Source: Octopus sinensis (lineage: Eukaryota). Taken from it: a DNA stretch of 64,000 bases. The stretch covers positions 5,332,001-5,396,000 of the forward strand of contig NC_043012.1 of assembly GCF_006345805.1 (NCBI RefSeq). The letters run 5' to 3'. The position numbers and the translations under genes were made by a program. The notes under the pieces are model-generated. The model ran no database searches, was not told the origin of the DNA, and saw only the letters and a program-made list of their open reading frames with translations. Positions 1 to 11,654 of the stretch are shown here, in pieces. How positions within the stretch are numbered: position 1 is the first letter of the stretch; every line of letters starts with the position of its first letter.

Positions 1-222
1 TGTTTAAGACTTTTATATCTGACATATATGTCCGAATTTTATTCCAGCAAAACAACATTAGATAAACAGTTGAATGCTGCTGTCTTAGACTTGTTGTCTA
101 GATTGTTTGCTTACAGAATAAGAAACGGGAAGAACTGGAGATTGGGGCGTCAGAGAAATAAATAAATATATGATAGATGTTTCTTGGAAGGGAGATATCA
201 GTGAAGATAAAATGTAGGAAAG

Positions 223-463
223 TGTGTGTGCGTGTGCGCGCGTGTGTGTGGTGTGTGTGTGTGTTTGTGAGAGTGCGTAAGTATGAGAGTGTGAGCACGT
301 TATACATATAATATTCAGACATACAAAAACACATGCGTACATATAGACAAACACGTATGCATCAATATAAATGTATATTCATAAACGGGCACACACACAC
401 ACAAACACATACACTCATATACATTCAGATATGTATATATATATATGTATATATATATATATA

Positions 464-495
<32 letters not shown>

Positions 496-854
496 ATGTG
501 TGTGTGTGTGTGTGTACACATCTGTAGATATTAATACATATCTGTAATAAATTTATTTTAATAGTCTCAATACAAACATGCGTATATGCCTAGTATATAT
601 CTGTACACACATACACATATATATATCGATATATACATGTATGTATGTGTGTATGTATGTATGCATGTATGTATATTGATATGCACTTTTACTTATATCT
701 CATAAATTTATCCACATTCTGTAATTTCGTAATTGAAGAAAAGATAATATAATGAATATATGAATAAGTATATGCGTATATACATCGATAGCCATTTATA
801 GATACATTCATATATACACACATATAAATATTCCAATATATGCACTTATGTATG

Positions 855-925
<71 letters not shown>

Positions 926-1082
926 TATATATTATATATTACTGTCACATATGTATATACATGTGTACATGTGTACAGAGGAGTCAGTGACCTTCTGTAT
1001 CTGTTTCCCGTTTGTGCATCATTTATTATGTCTTTAACTTATCATATATTTATGTGCACGCGCGCGCGCGTGTGTGTGTGTA
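223..1082. repeat. Compound microsatellite block (TG)n/(TA)n/(TATG)n
   Basis: Directly visible di- and tetranucleotide arrays; the [12 protein letters not shown] ORFs here are translation artefacts. Confidence 0.95.
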
Positions 1083-1261
1083 CACATTTATCTATGAATG
1101 TATATTTATGTGAGTGTATGTGTATGGGTGTATGGCTCCATTGCTAGCTGGCCGTGATGCAGTGAGAACCTGATTCTTCAACAATGCAAAAATACGACCC
1201 AGTTTCAAGTGATTCCTGAATTCAAACTTTCTTGATCTCGTCTTACAATTGTAATGGTACT

Positions 1262-1649
1262 TCTTCTTAAGCACTCCGTCGGTTACGACGACGAGGGTTC
1301 CGGTTGATCCGAATCAACGGAACAGCCTGCGCGTGAAATTAACGTGTAAGTGGCTGAGCACTCCACAGACACGTGTACCCTTAACGTAGTTCTCGGGGAT
1401 ATTCAGCGTGACACAGAGTGTGACAAGGCCGGCCCCTTGACATACAGGTACAACAGAAACAGGAAGTGAGAGTGAGAGAAAGTTGTGGTGAAAGAGTACA
1501 GCAGGGATCACCACCATCCCTGCCGGAGCCTCGTGGAGCTTCAGGTGTTTTCGCTCAATAAACACTCACAACGCCCGGTCTGGGAATCGAAACCGCGATC
1601 CTATGACCGCGAGTCCGCTGCCCTAACCACTGGGCCATTGCGCCTCCAC
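1262..1649 (-). mobile_element. Full-length tRNA-derived SINE (family A) with 12-bp TSD
   Basis: Minus strand starts GGAGGCGCAATGGCCCAGTGGTTAGGGCAGCGG...GGTTTCGATTCCC (A/B-box-like) and ends in an AAG-repeat tail; TGTAATGGTACT at 1250-1261 and 1650-1661. Confidence 0.9.
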
Positions 1650-1794
1650 TGTAATGGTACTAAGAATGACACGAACATCACACTATCTCAGACACTTGAA
1701 AGTCGGTTATAAAAAGCGCGGTTCTGAACTTATAAAACCAGCAGCGCAGATAGGCCACGCTCAGAGAATGAACCTAAACATAGTATATAGAATA

Positions 1795-2470
1795 ATATTG
1801 GTTTCAAATTTTGGCACAAGGCCAGCAATTTTGCAAGAGGGAGTACATTGACCCCCGGTGCTCAACTTATATTTACCTTGTTGATCCCGAAAGGATGAAA
1901 GGTAAAGTCGACTTCTGCGGAATTTGAACTCTGAGCGTACTATTAATGCCGCGAAGAATTTACCCAGGGTGCTAACGATTCTGCCCGCTCGCCGCTTTTG
2001 TGTTCGTCTTAATATTTTGTTACGTATCAAAGCTGCGAGCTAGCAGAATCGTTAGCACGCCGTACAAAATGCTTAGTGGCATTTCGTCCGACTTTAAGTT
2101 CTGAGTTCAAATGCCAGCGGAGCAGACATCTCCTTTCATCCTTTCGGGGTCGATTAAAATCAGTACCAGTTGAGCACTGAAGTCGATATAATTGACATAC
2201 CCAACTCCCCCGAAATTGCAGGCCTTGCACCAAAGTTTGAAGCTAATATTAAGGTGAACACATAAGACGGCGAGCTGGCAGAAACGTTAGCACGCCGGGC
2301 GAAATGCTTAGCAGTATTTCGTCTGTCTCTACGTTCTGAGTTCAAATTCCGCCGAGATCGACTTTGCCTTTCATCCTTTCGGGACCGATAAATTAAGTAC
2401 CAGATGCGTACTGGGGTCGATCTAATCTACTAGCCCGTCCTCCAAAATTCCGGGCCTTGTGCCTAAAGTG
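1795..2470. mobile_element. Three adjacent Nin/Deu-domain-like SINEs (family C): 1795-1996 minus, 2031-2250 plus, 2264-2470 plus
   Basis: Shared head GGCGAGCTGGCAGAAACGTTAGCACGCCGGGCGAAATGC and central TTTCATCCTTTCGGGGTCGATAAA..AAGTACCAG, which resembles the Deu/Nin conserved SINE domain. Confidence 0.85.
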
Positions 2471-2709
2471 TATGTATCATATTTCGGGCTTTGTGTCAAG
2501 AGTAGAAAATAATATTAAGGCTAACACAATCTGAATAGCAAAAATCTCGTTTCCCAAACAACATCTGGTTTCGGTTTTTTGAAGGTATACTGAGAGATAT
2601 GCATCCTACATGGAGTAAGACATTGTGATTTACTAGAGACGAGCTGAAATGGATCGAATCACGGTAGCCTTACTTCTTGATTAGGAAGAAAAGGATCATA
2701 TGAACAATC

Positions 2710-2905
2710 AATAATTGCTTCTGATTTCAATTATAATTAAATCTGATTTTAAATATTAATTGCATCTGAGTTTAATAATAATTATTTTTGATTGTTATTA
2801 TTTCGAATTTTAGTAGTAATTGTTTTTGATTTTAACATTAATTATTTCTGATTTTAAATATAATTCCTTCTGGTTTATTATAACAACGATTGCTTCTGAT
2901 TGAAG
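2710..2905. repeat. Degenerate AT-rich minisatellite, about 25-27 bp unit (AATTGCTTCTGATTTTAA-like)
   Basis: About 7 recurrences of an AATT.x.TCTGATT(T)-like motif at near-regular spacing. Confidence 0.5.
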
Positions 2906-3049
2906 TAAACAATAATAAACTCACAGATTATATGAAAGGATGCAGATTAAAACGACTCAACACTGTATCTGATAAATGTTTAATCAAGTAAGAATCCATT
3001 GTCTAATTTAGGAAGTTGAAAGCTGGAGAGTTACTTTGGTGTAGTGGTA

Positions 3050-3640
3050 TCGCGACGAACTGGAGTACGGTAGATATGCGGTTTACGTCAGGTGTGAAGC
3101 TCCCTACCACTTTAATTTTTTGTCCAGGCAGTTTTTTTAAGCTCAATGTTCACATGTAAATGAGCATGTGGAAGCAAGAATAATAGGATCACTTTAAACA
3201 ATAAATCACTATCTCCGTTGGGGGTGTATACTTTATGTATTGTGTGCTTAGGTGTGAGTGTTATTATAGGACGCTGACAAGGCCAATCAGTTAGGAAGTC
3301 CACTACAAAATCATAAGGCCCCGGATTTTTATCCTACTGTCTTGTTATTTACGGCAGTTAGTTTCGCATTGGCCAAAGCCTTAAGACTGAAATTTCCTAG
3401 ATGGATACTGTATGAAAGCCCGTCGAAATGAGTATCTGTGTCTGTATAATTTAAAAGGATAGCTTTATTACACAATGTGCTACATTGACTTCGTCAGGAT
3501 ATTAAGTTAAGCATACACATGTCCGCGGAGTACACATCCACTTTCATTATACAATTAAAAAGAGTAGGTGGATCTGTTGATCGAACCTTTGGAAAACCCA
3601 TCTTCGAAACCGGCAGAGGATCCATATAACTTTTAGAGTT
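3050..3640 (-). mobile_element. Very degenerate Penelope-like RT relic (tentative)
   Basis: Minus translation DFLTD...HKVYTPNGDSDLLF...PHAHLHVNI loosely matches the PLE thumb motif FLD..VY.K.TD...YL.F.S.HP.H...N; many disruptions. Confidence 0.3.
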
Positions 3641-4114
3641 TTATGTTTACAGGGACACACGAAGGCCAAGTGTCCTCAGAAACACGAGGAGGTAATAAGA
3701 GAAAAAGAAATTCAAGAAGAAGGGAGTACAACAGCAGTGGAAGAGAAAATGGAGGAGTAATTTACGGTGGTGAAAAAGAAAAAAGAACGTAGAATCACCC
3801 TCAAAAAGCCCCAAGAAGAAAAAAAGGGAAGACAAACGAAGAGAACAAGAAAGAAAAGAGAAAATAAATGGAGAACCAAATGAAAGATCAAGTGAAATGC
3901 GAACGCACGAACCGTCGCCTTCAACTATCAAGGAAGAAGGAGTACGAAAGAAGGAAGGAAACGAAAGAGACAGCGAAGTAGAGACAGAGTAATGTCTGAC
4001 GGACGAAGAGAGTGGTGAAGAATATCAGAGAACGATACTTACAGGGAGAAACTTAAGAAGCCTCATAGTATATGAAAAAAGCGTCGAAATTGAAAAGAGA
4101 GTAACAAAAATGAA

Positions 4115-4247
4115 AGCTTGATTACAAACCACATGGTTCCGGTTTCAATCCCACTGCGTGGCACCTTGGGCAAATGTCTTCTACTATAGCCTCGGGTCAA
4201 CCAAAGATTTGGTAGACGGAAACTGAAAAAAGCCCGTCGTATATATG

Positions 4248-4296
<49 letters not shown>

Positions 4297-4540
4297 TATG
4301 TATTATGTGTGTGTGTATATGTTTGAGTGCCTGTGTTTGTCCCCCAATTTCGCTTGACAACCGATGCTGGTGTGCTGACGTCCCCGTAACTTAGCGGTTC
4401 GGCAAAAGAGACCGATAGAATAAGTACTAGGCTTACAAAGAATAAGTCCTGGAGTCGATTTGCTCGACTAAAGCCGGTGATCCAGCATGGCCACAGTCAA
4501 ATGACTGATAAAAGTAAAAAAGTAAAGGAGTAAAGAGTGA
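4115..4540 (+). mobile_element. CORE-like tRNA SINE (family B) with internal TA/TG microsatellite
   Basis: CCACTGCGTGGCACCTTGGGCAAATGTC (CORE-like ACCTTGGGCAAG), central (TG)n, 3' half GCTTGACAACCGATGCTGGTG...CAGTCAAATGACTG, AAAAGAGT-type tail. Confidence 0.88.
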
Positions 4541-4969
4541 AAATGGCAAACCATGAAGGTACGAAGGGCGTAGTGTTGGAGAGAGAAAGAGCGAGTGATT
4601 CGTAGAACTATTTGTAAAAAAAAAAGAGTTGAAATAACACCATTTCAGTATAGATACGACGAGCTGCCGGCTGTTGTAATTTTTGAAGATATAATGCAGC
4701 ATTCGTTATAAATTTGTGTTAAGGAAAAGGTACAGGACTGTAAAGTAAAACTGTAATTTAAAAAACAGTAAAATGAAGCTAAGTCATTTCATCCTCATTT
4801 TCATCAAATTCATAAATTATCCGATATATATTTATATGTACCTCCATTGTCTTGTTTTGTCTGTCCTTGTGGTGTCCCCTCTTTATAAAAGCCATCTGCC
4901 AGAATAAAAGAAATCAGAGTGTGTAAGACATTCGATATTATGACGTAATTTCGAATTTTGCGAGTTTTA

Positions 4970-5365
4970 TCCATTTATTCGTTTATTTGTTTCAGTCATT
5001 TGACTGCGGCCATGCTGGAGCACTGGCTTGAAGGGTTTTAGTCGAACAAATCTACCTCAGGCCTTTTTATTTATTTTTATTTTTTGAAGCCTAGTACTTA
5101 CTCTTTCGGCTCCCTTTTGCAGGAACCGCTAGGTTACTGGGATGTAAACACACCACCACTGGTTGTCAAGCGATGATAGGAGAAACAAACACAGGCACAA
5201 AGACACGCACACAAACATACTTACATACATACATACATACAAACATACATACACCACCCCACACACGCACACACACAGGAGTGGTAAGAAGCTTGCTTCC
5301 CAACCACATGGTTCTGGGTTCAGTCCCACTGCGTGACACCTTCGGTAAGTATCTTCTACTATAGC
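4970..5365. mobile_element. Family B SINE pieces in opposite orientations (3' half minus about 4970-5270; head plus about 5277-5365)
   Basis: Homology to the 4115 and 18508 copies. Confidence 0.8.
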
Positions 5366-5468
5366 AGCATTTCTTCCAGTTCTTTATGCTCTTAGTTCTA
5401 TTCCCGCCGAGGTCAACTTCGATTTTCATCCCTTCGAGGTCGATAAAATAAAGAACTAGTAAAGTACT

Positions 5469-5782
5469 GTGGAGGCGCAATGACCCAGTGGTTAGGGCAG
5501 CGGACTCGTGGTCGGAGGATCGCGGTTTCGATTCCCAGACCGGGCGTTGTGTGTGTTTATTGAGCGAAAACACCTAAAGCTCCACGAGGCTCCGGCAGAG
5601 GGGGGGTGACCCCTGTTGTACTCTTTCGCCCCAACTTTCACTCTTTATTCCTGTTTTTTGAGTAACGCTACGATGGACTGGCGTCCCGTCCAGCTGGGGT
5701 GGGGGGAGAACACATACTCCACAGAAACCGGAAAACCGGCCCCATGAGCCTGGCTAGGCTTGAAAAGGGCGCATAAATAAAA
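5469..5782 (+). mobile_element. SINE with family A tRNA head and V-domain-like body
   Basis: Head nearly identical to the 1262-1649 copy, then CGATGGACTGGCGTCCCGTCCAG...ACAGAAACCGG, resembling the V-SINE central domain; (TAAAA)-type tail. Confidence 0.75.
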
Positions 5783-5929
5783 TAATTTTAAAAAATGGAG
5801 TCGATGTGATCGATTTGTCCCATTCCCTCAAAACTGCTGACCTTAGACCTTGTCACGGACCAAGGTCACACTGAGGGGAAATGTTATCTTAACCGCCTGC
5901 ACGCCAGACAAACCGAGTAATCAGCCTTG

Positions 5930-6150
5930 TGGGTCCCAGGACGCGAGAGAATCGGAATATATAGTCTGAGACTTATGTACAGAGCAATATCTTCCAAACA
6001 AGAATCGAAACCCAGCAAAGAACGCGATTCTCCGATAATCTACCTTTTCTCCATGATAATGGTCATGGGGTGGGGTGGGGGAAAGAACACATTCGACGAA
6101 TATAGATTTTATGTTAGAAAGGCTGGGCAGCCGTTGCCACGCCAAATGCT
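5930..6150 (+). mobile_element. Degenerate APE endonuclease fragment of a non-LTR retrotransposon (RTE-like)
   Basis: Translation CGSQDARESEYIV*DLCTEQYLPNKN...STFSP...TNIDFML resembles the APE segment G..N.NG..L..LC....L...NT.F....TW.SP....IDY.L. Confidence 0.4.
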
Positions 6151-7919
6151 GTTCACCTGAGTAGGTGGAGAACTAGATTTGGAAAAAAGAATTATCTTAT
6201 CTTTTTGGTGATCGGAAGCCTTAGAAGAGAATCCCATACTTATACCAGAATAGAAACCGTTTGTTAACGTCTTTATTTTTTTAACTGTTTTTTATCGCCC
6301 AAATATCTGTTCCTTATTTTGCTCTGCTTTTTTTATCTTTCCTTTATCAGTCACATCTGCATATTTCTAAGGAATTAGTGTTTGTATATGTGTGAGAGCG
6401 TGTGAAAATGTCAGTGTGTGCGCGTGTATGTGTGTGTGGGTGTAAGCATTTGAATTAGTGTATGTGAATGTGTGTGTTTGTGTAAGTGCGTGTGTGAGCG
6501 TTAGTGTTTGATGTGTTTGTGTTCGCGCGCACGTGTTTGTGTGTAGAGTGGGGGATCTTTTCTCCTCGCCGTTCGCAAAATTGTTTGCTTTTCGACTAAA
6601 ACCCCGCTGAGACCCCGTAAATACCCAGTAGATTTACATCCCAGGGAGGGATTCACTGAGTAGTCGCTCACCCGTCTCGACACAGCAACCGGACCGGAAT
6701 TCCCTCAACCAGACTATAAAATGCCGAAGATATCACTCACAGAAATTTCGCGATGCCGAGTCTGGTTAATTTTTACACATACAATCAATTGAGAAACCTA
6801 AATCCTTTGAGCATCTATTCGTACAAGCTAACTATGCAACCTCTAAGGGTATACAGAGGCTGCAAAAAATAGTAACCGAATCTTCCTCAAATTGCAGTTG
6901 TCATCTTGAATGATTATAGAGTGCAATTCATTAAATAATATATTTCTAATATATAAAAAAAGACGTAATGGTCACGATTAGAACGCCTTAAATATGTCTG
7001 CTCTATTAGGATTAGAACGCAACTGGCTATCGGAAATCATTTTTCATGATCTAAAAAGAAAATAGGACTGATGTTGAAAAAAAAGCAAGAGAGGGGTGAG
7101 GAGAGAGAGAGAATAGAAATGAAAAAGCATAAATCGATCATTACAAATGGCGACATTTTTCTCTTCATTTCGCCATTTGCAATATATCAGGTTATCGGTG
7201 TGATAGAAGTAGATTTTATGGGAGAGGATGCTGGAAAATAAAATGTCTATTCGATTGCCTTGTTTAATCTCTACGGAGCAGTAAATTTACTCAGATGCAG
7301 AATTCAAGTACGTCTTGCAAGTAAGCGACACCATCGATATCTTTGCATGTATAACCAAAGAAAACTATATGATAAATATATAGATAAACACACAAAAGAA
7401 ACAATATGGCTGACGTTAGAATAAGGAGCCATCTGGGAGTTGACGATACTTCAGATGGACCTCCTATGTCAATGATTGTTCAAAAAGGAACTGTTGTTAT
7501 GGTATCTTAAGGGAACTGTTTCTCTTAAAAGAAACATCCTCCACTCGTATTTATATCTGTTGTCTGCTAGTTATACAGTTTCTGCTACTGCATCTACTTA
7601 TCGTGCTATCGACGTCTTCATTTTCACTTCTGTTAATACTGTTACTATGAATATTATTGTTGTCGTGGTTATTTTTGTTGTCATTGTTGCTCATAATGCT
7701 ATTGATGTTGTCAATTCTATGATAGATGTCACTCATATTGTTGCTGCCGTTACAATGGAGTGTCTACACCATAAAAATGATAGCACTTGGAGAAATAAAT
7801 TTCAGCGATTGATCTATGCCGTCGTCGAGGTTTCTAGTTGCCATTAAAATCATTTGGTTTAGCTCATGTCCCCGACAAATGCATATACATTACAAGTCCT
7901 CATTTAACTCAAATAAACA

Positions 7920-8240
7920 ATCGATGAGAGTATTTGTGCGTTAAGAATCTCGCTTTGCAGCCGCGGGGTTTTTCGTTCAGCTCCACTGCACGGCACATGG
8001 GCAAATGCCTTCTATTATAGCCACGGACGACCAAATCCTTGTGTTTGAAGTTGATGGACGGAAACTGTGTGGAAGCCCTTCGTATGTGTGTATGTGTCTT
8101 TGTGTACAAGAGTCAAAAGAAATTTTCAGTACAAGAGTCAAAAAAAAATTTTACTGGGATCGATTTGTTCGACTAAAGTCTTTTAGGGCGGAGCTCCAGC
8201 CTGGCCGCATTTCAACTGAAACAAAATATGAAAAATATGA
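7920..8240 (+). mobile_element. Family B (CORE-like) SINE, diverged and internally deleted
   Basis: CCACTGCACGGCACATGGGCAAATGCCTTCTATTATAGCC...GACGGAAACTG and 3' GGGATCGATTTGTTCGACTAAAG. Confidence 0.75.
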
Positions 8241-8374
8241 CTGTGGAATCGTCCAAACCAGGATCCACTTCTTTACCCATTATTGCATTTCTATTTGTTC
8301 TTTGCAGGATTTGATGAATATCACATAGAATGCACAAGAGCGAAAGATTTCCTAATGGACACTTTACTATAATA

Positions 8375-9362
8375 ATCCTTTCTACAATAAGCACAAGGCC
8401 TGAAATGCCGGAGGAGGGGCGACGGCGACTGGGGCGTTTGTGTCGCCCCGAAAACTTGAAAGGTAAAATCTACCTCGGCGGAATTTTAACTCAGAGCGTA
8501 AAGAGTCAGAAGAAATGCTGCCAAGCTCAGAGTGCTAACGATTCTTTTCTAATCTAGGCACAAGTCCCGAAATTTGGGAGAAGGGGGCCAGTCGATTATA
8601 TCGACCCCAGTACGCAACTAGTACTTATTTTATCGACCTCAAAAGGATGAAAGACAAAGTCGACTTTGGCGAAATTTGAACTCAGAACGTAGCGGCAGAC
8701 GAAATACCTATTTCTTTACTGCCCACAAGGGGCTAAACACAGAGAGGACAAACAAGGACAAACAAACGGATTAAGTCGGTTACATCGACCCCAGTGCGTA
8801 ACTGGTACTTATTTAATCGACCCCGAAAGGATGAAAGGCAAAGTCGACCTCGGCGGAAATTGAACTCAGAACGTAAAGTCAGATGAAATACCGTCGAGCA
8901 TTTTACCCGGTATGAAAACGATTCTGCCAGCTCGCTGCCTTACACAATACAGTAATAATAGTTTCAAATTGTGACACAGGATCAGCAGTTTTTGAGGGGA
9001 GGGGGAAGTCGACTAGATCAACCCCAATACTCGGCTGTTACTTATTTTATCAATCCCGTAAGGATGAAAGGGAAAGTCGACCCCGGTGGCATTTGAACTC
9101 AGAAGGTGAAGACAGAAGAAGAAATACCTATTTCTTTACGACCCACAAGCGGCTAAACACAGAGGAGACAAAAAAGGACAGACATACGGATGAAGTCGAT
9201 TATATCGACCCCAGTGCTCAACTGGTACTTATTTAATCGACCCCGAAAGGATGAAAGGCAAAATCGACCGCGGCGGAAATTGAACTCCGAACGTAGCGGC
9301 AGACGAAATACCACTAAGCATTTCGCCCGACATGCTAATGATTCTGCCAGCTCTCCGCCTTA
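8375..9362 (-). mobile_element. Cluster of family C SINEs including two dimeric copies (8545-8940, 8955-9362)
   Basis: Four units carry the reverse complement of TTTCATCCTTTCGGGGTCGAT; dimer junction GAAATACCTATTTCTTTAC at about 8701 and about 9121. Confidence 0.85.
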
Positions 9363-10159
9363 TACAAGATAGTAATAATAAAAACTGTTATACACCCCCT
9401 TCCGTCCAAAAAAGCAGTGTCTCTGTATAGGATGTGAGGTTTGTGAAGCCAGGAGCTTAGTCCAGGTAGCGTGTGGTTAGAACGCTCGCTGTCTTGATCG
9501 CTACCTCATACTATCGTAATAGAAGTCGTTTAAGGAGAAGACAGAGGAGAAGAGAGGTGGGTAGGAAAGGAACAGATAATAGATAAATAAAATCTAAAGA
9601 AAGGCGTAAAACAAAGAAACTATAAAACGTGGAAGAAAGAAAGAAATGGAGGAATAAAACATGAAAGCAGGCCTAAAAAAAATTAAGAATGGCCGCAGAA
9701 AAAAAAATACAAATTAAATAAGAAAAAAAGAATGAAACAAACAAACAAGCAAATATGAAAAAGAAAAAGACAGAAGGCAGATGAAGGAAGAAATAAAGTA
9801 TAAAAATAATAAAAAAAAACAGGAGCATTTAATAGAAAAAGACCAAAAAATGGAAGAGGGGCTTGAGAAGAAAACCAAGAATGTATAAAAAAGATTTAGA
9901 GTGAAAAGAGAAAATGGCGCGATATGAGGAGAAGAAAGAGAAGAAGAATTAAGGAGAAAGACTGATTCAAAATAGTGGTTAAGTAACCATTTGGAAATAT
10001 ACCATATGGTAGTGACAGTGAAGGTTTTATCCTGTGGATTAAAAGGATTAACACTGAGCGACCTCTTTACTCCTTCCTGCATTAATAGCTTAGCTATAAG
10101 TCTGAGAAATAATGTGAGCGTCGGAGCAGGTTTCCGTGCGTGAGAGAGTCTTGCTTGTT

Positions 10160-11085
<926 letters not shown>

Positions 11086-11654
11086 TCAATAACAAAAATT
11101 ATGTATTATATTTTATTGCAATTTTTTTCTATATATTATAAATAATTTTTGGCATCTTATTTCCAATATCGTTGTGTGCGCGTGTGTATGTGTATATATG
11201 TATGTACGTGTGTGTGAGTGTATGTACATGGGGATATATATATATATGTATGTGTGTATGTATGCACGTCTGTATTGTTTTATCTATTTTGGGATAATTG
11301 CACTATGAATAGATGGAAAATTATTCATTGTCTTCAGAATGGAATAATATGACTGTGATCCTGTTCAAATGCAATTGCACAAGGTTGTCCGGACGAGCAA
11401 CTATATAACAGGAAGTGTGTGTTGACAGGTACCTTTGGTGGCAACAAGGAATACACTGCAGAGTTGAATGAAGGGCGTGGTGAGAAAGTGAGATATATGA
11501 GGGAGGGATAGTGAGAGAGGGACATTAGACGCACATTAAGAAACTCAACTGACCTGGGTTGTTAGCCAGTAACTATTAGTGGTAAAGGGGCTTTTGTATC
11601 TCTTTATATATGTTTGTATACGTATGCATGTGTGTATAATACACACATGCGTGG

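Noticed and set aside
85-1037. Many 60-200 aa ORFs rich in HT, YI, VC, IYLS or MYVC repeats throughout the window
   Set aside because: They are translations of TG, TA, GATA and TATG microsatellites with no coding signal.
3640-3700. Minus-strand hammerhead candidate CTGAGGACAC...GTGTCC
   Set aside because: Core spacing is wrong and GAAA is missing; it needs several assumed mutations.
8102-8152. 25-bp tandem duplication inside a SINE
   Set aside because: An ordinary local duplication with no further structure.
9430-9530. Hammerhead candidate around the GGTAGCG/CGCTACC inverted repeat
   Set aside because: Both core boxes are too altered (AGTATGA and TGGAC) to support.
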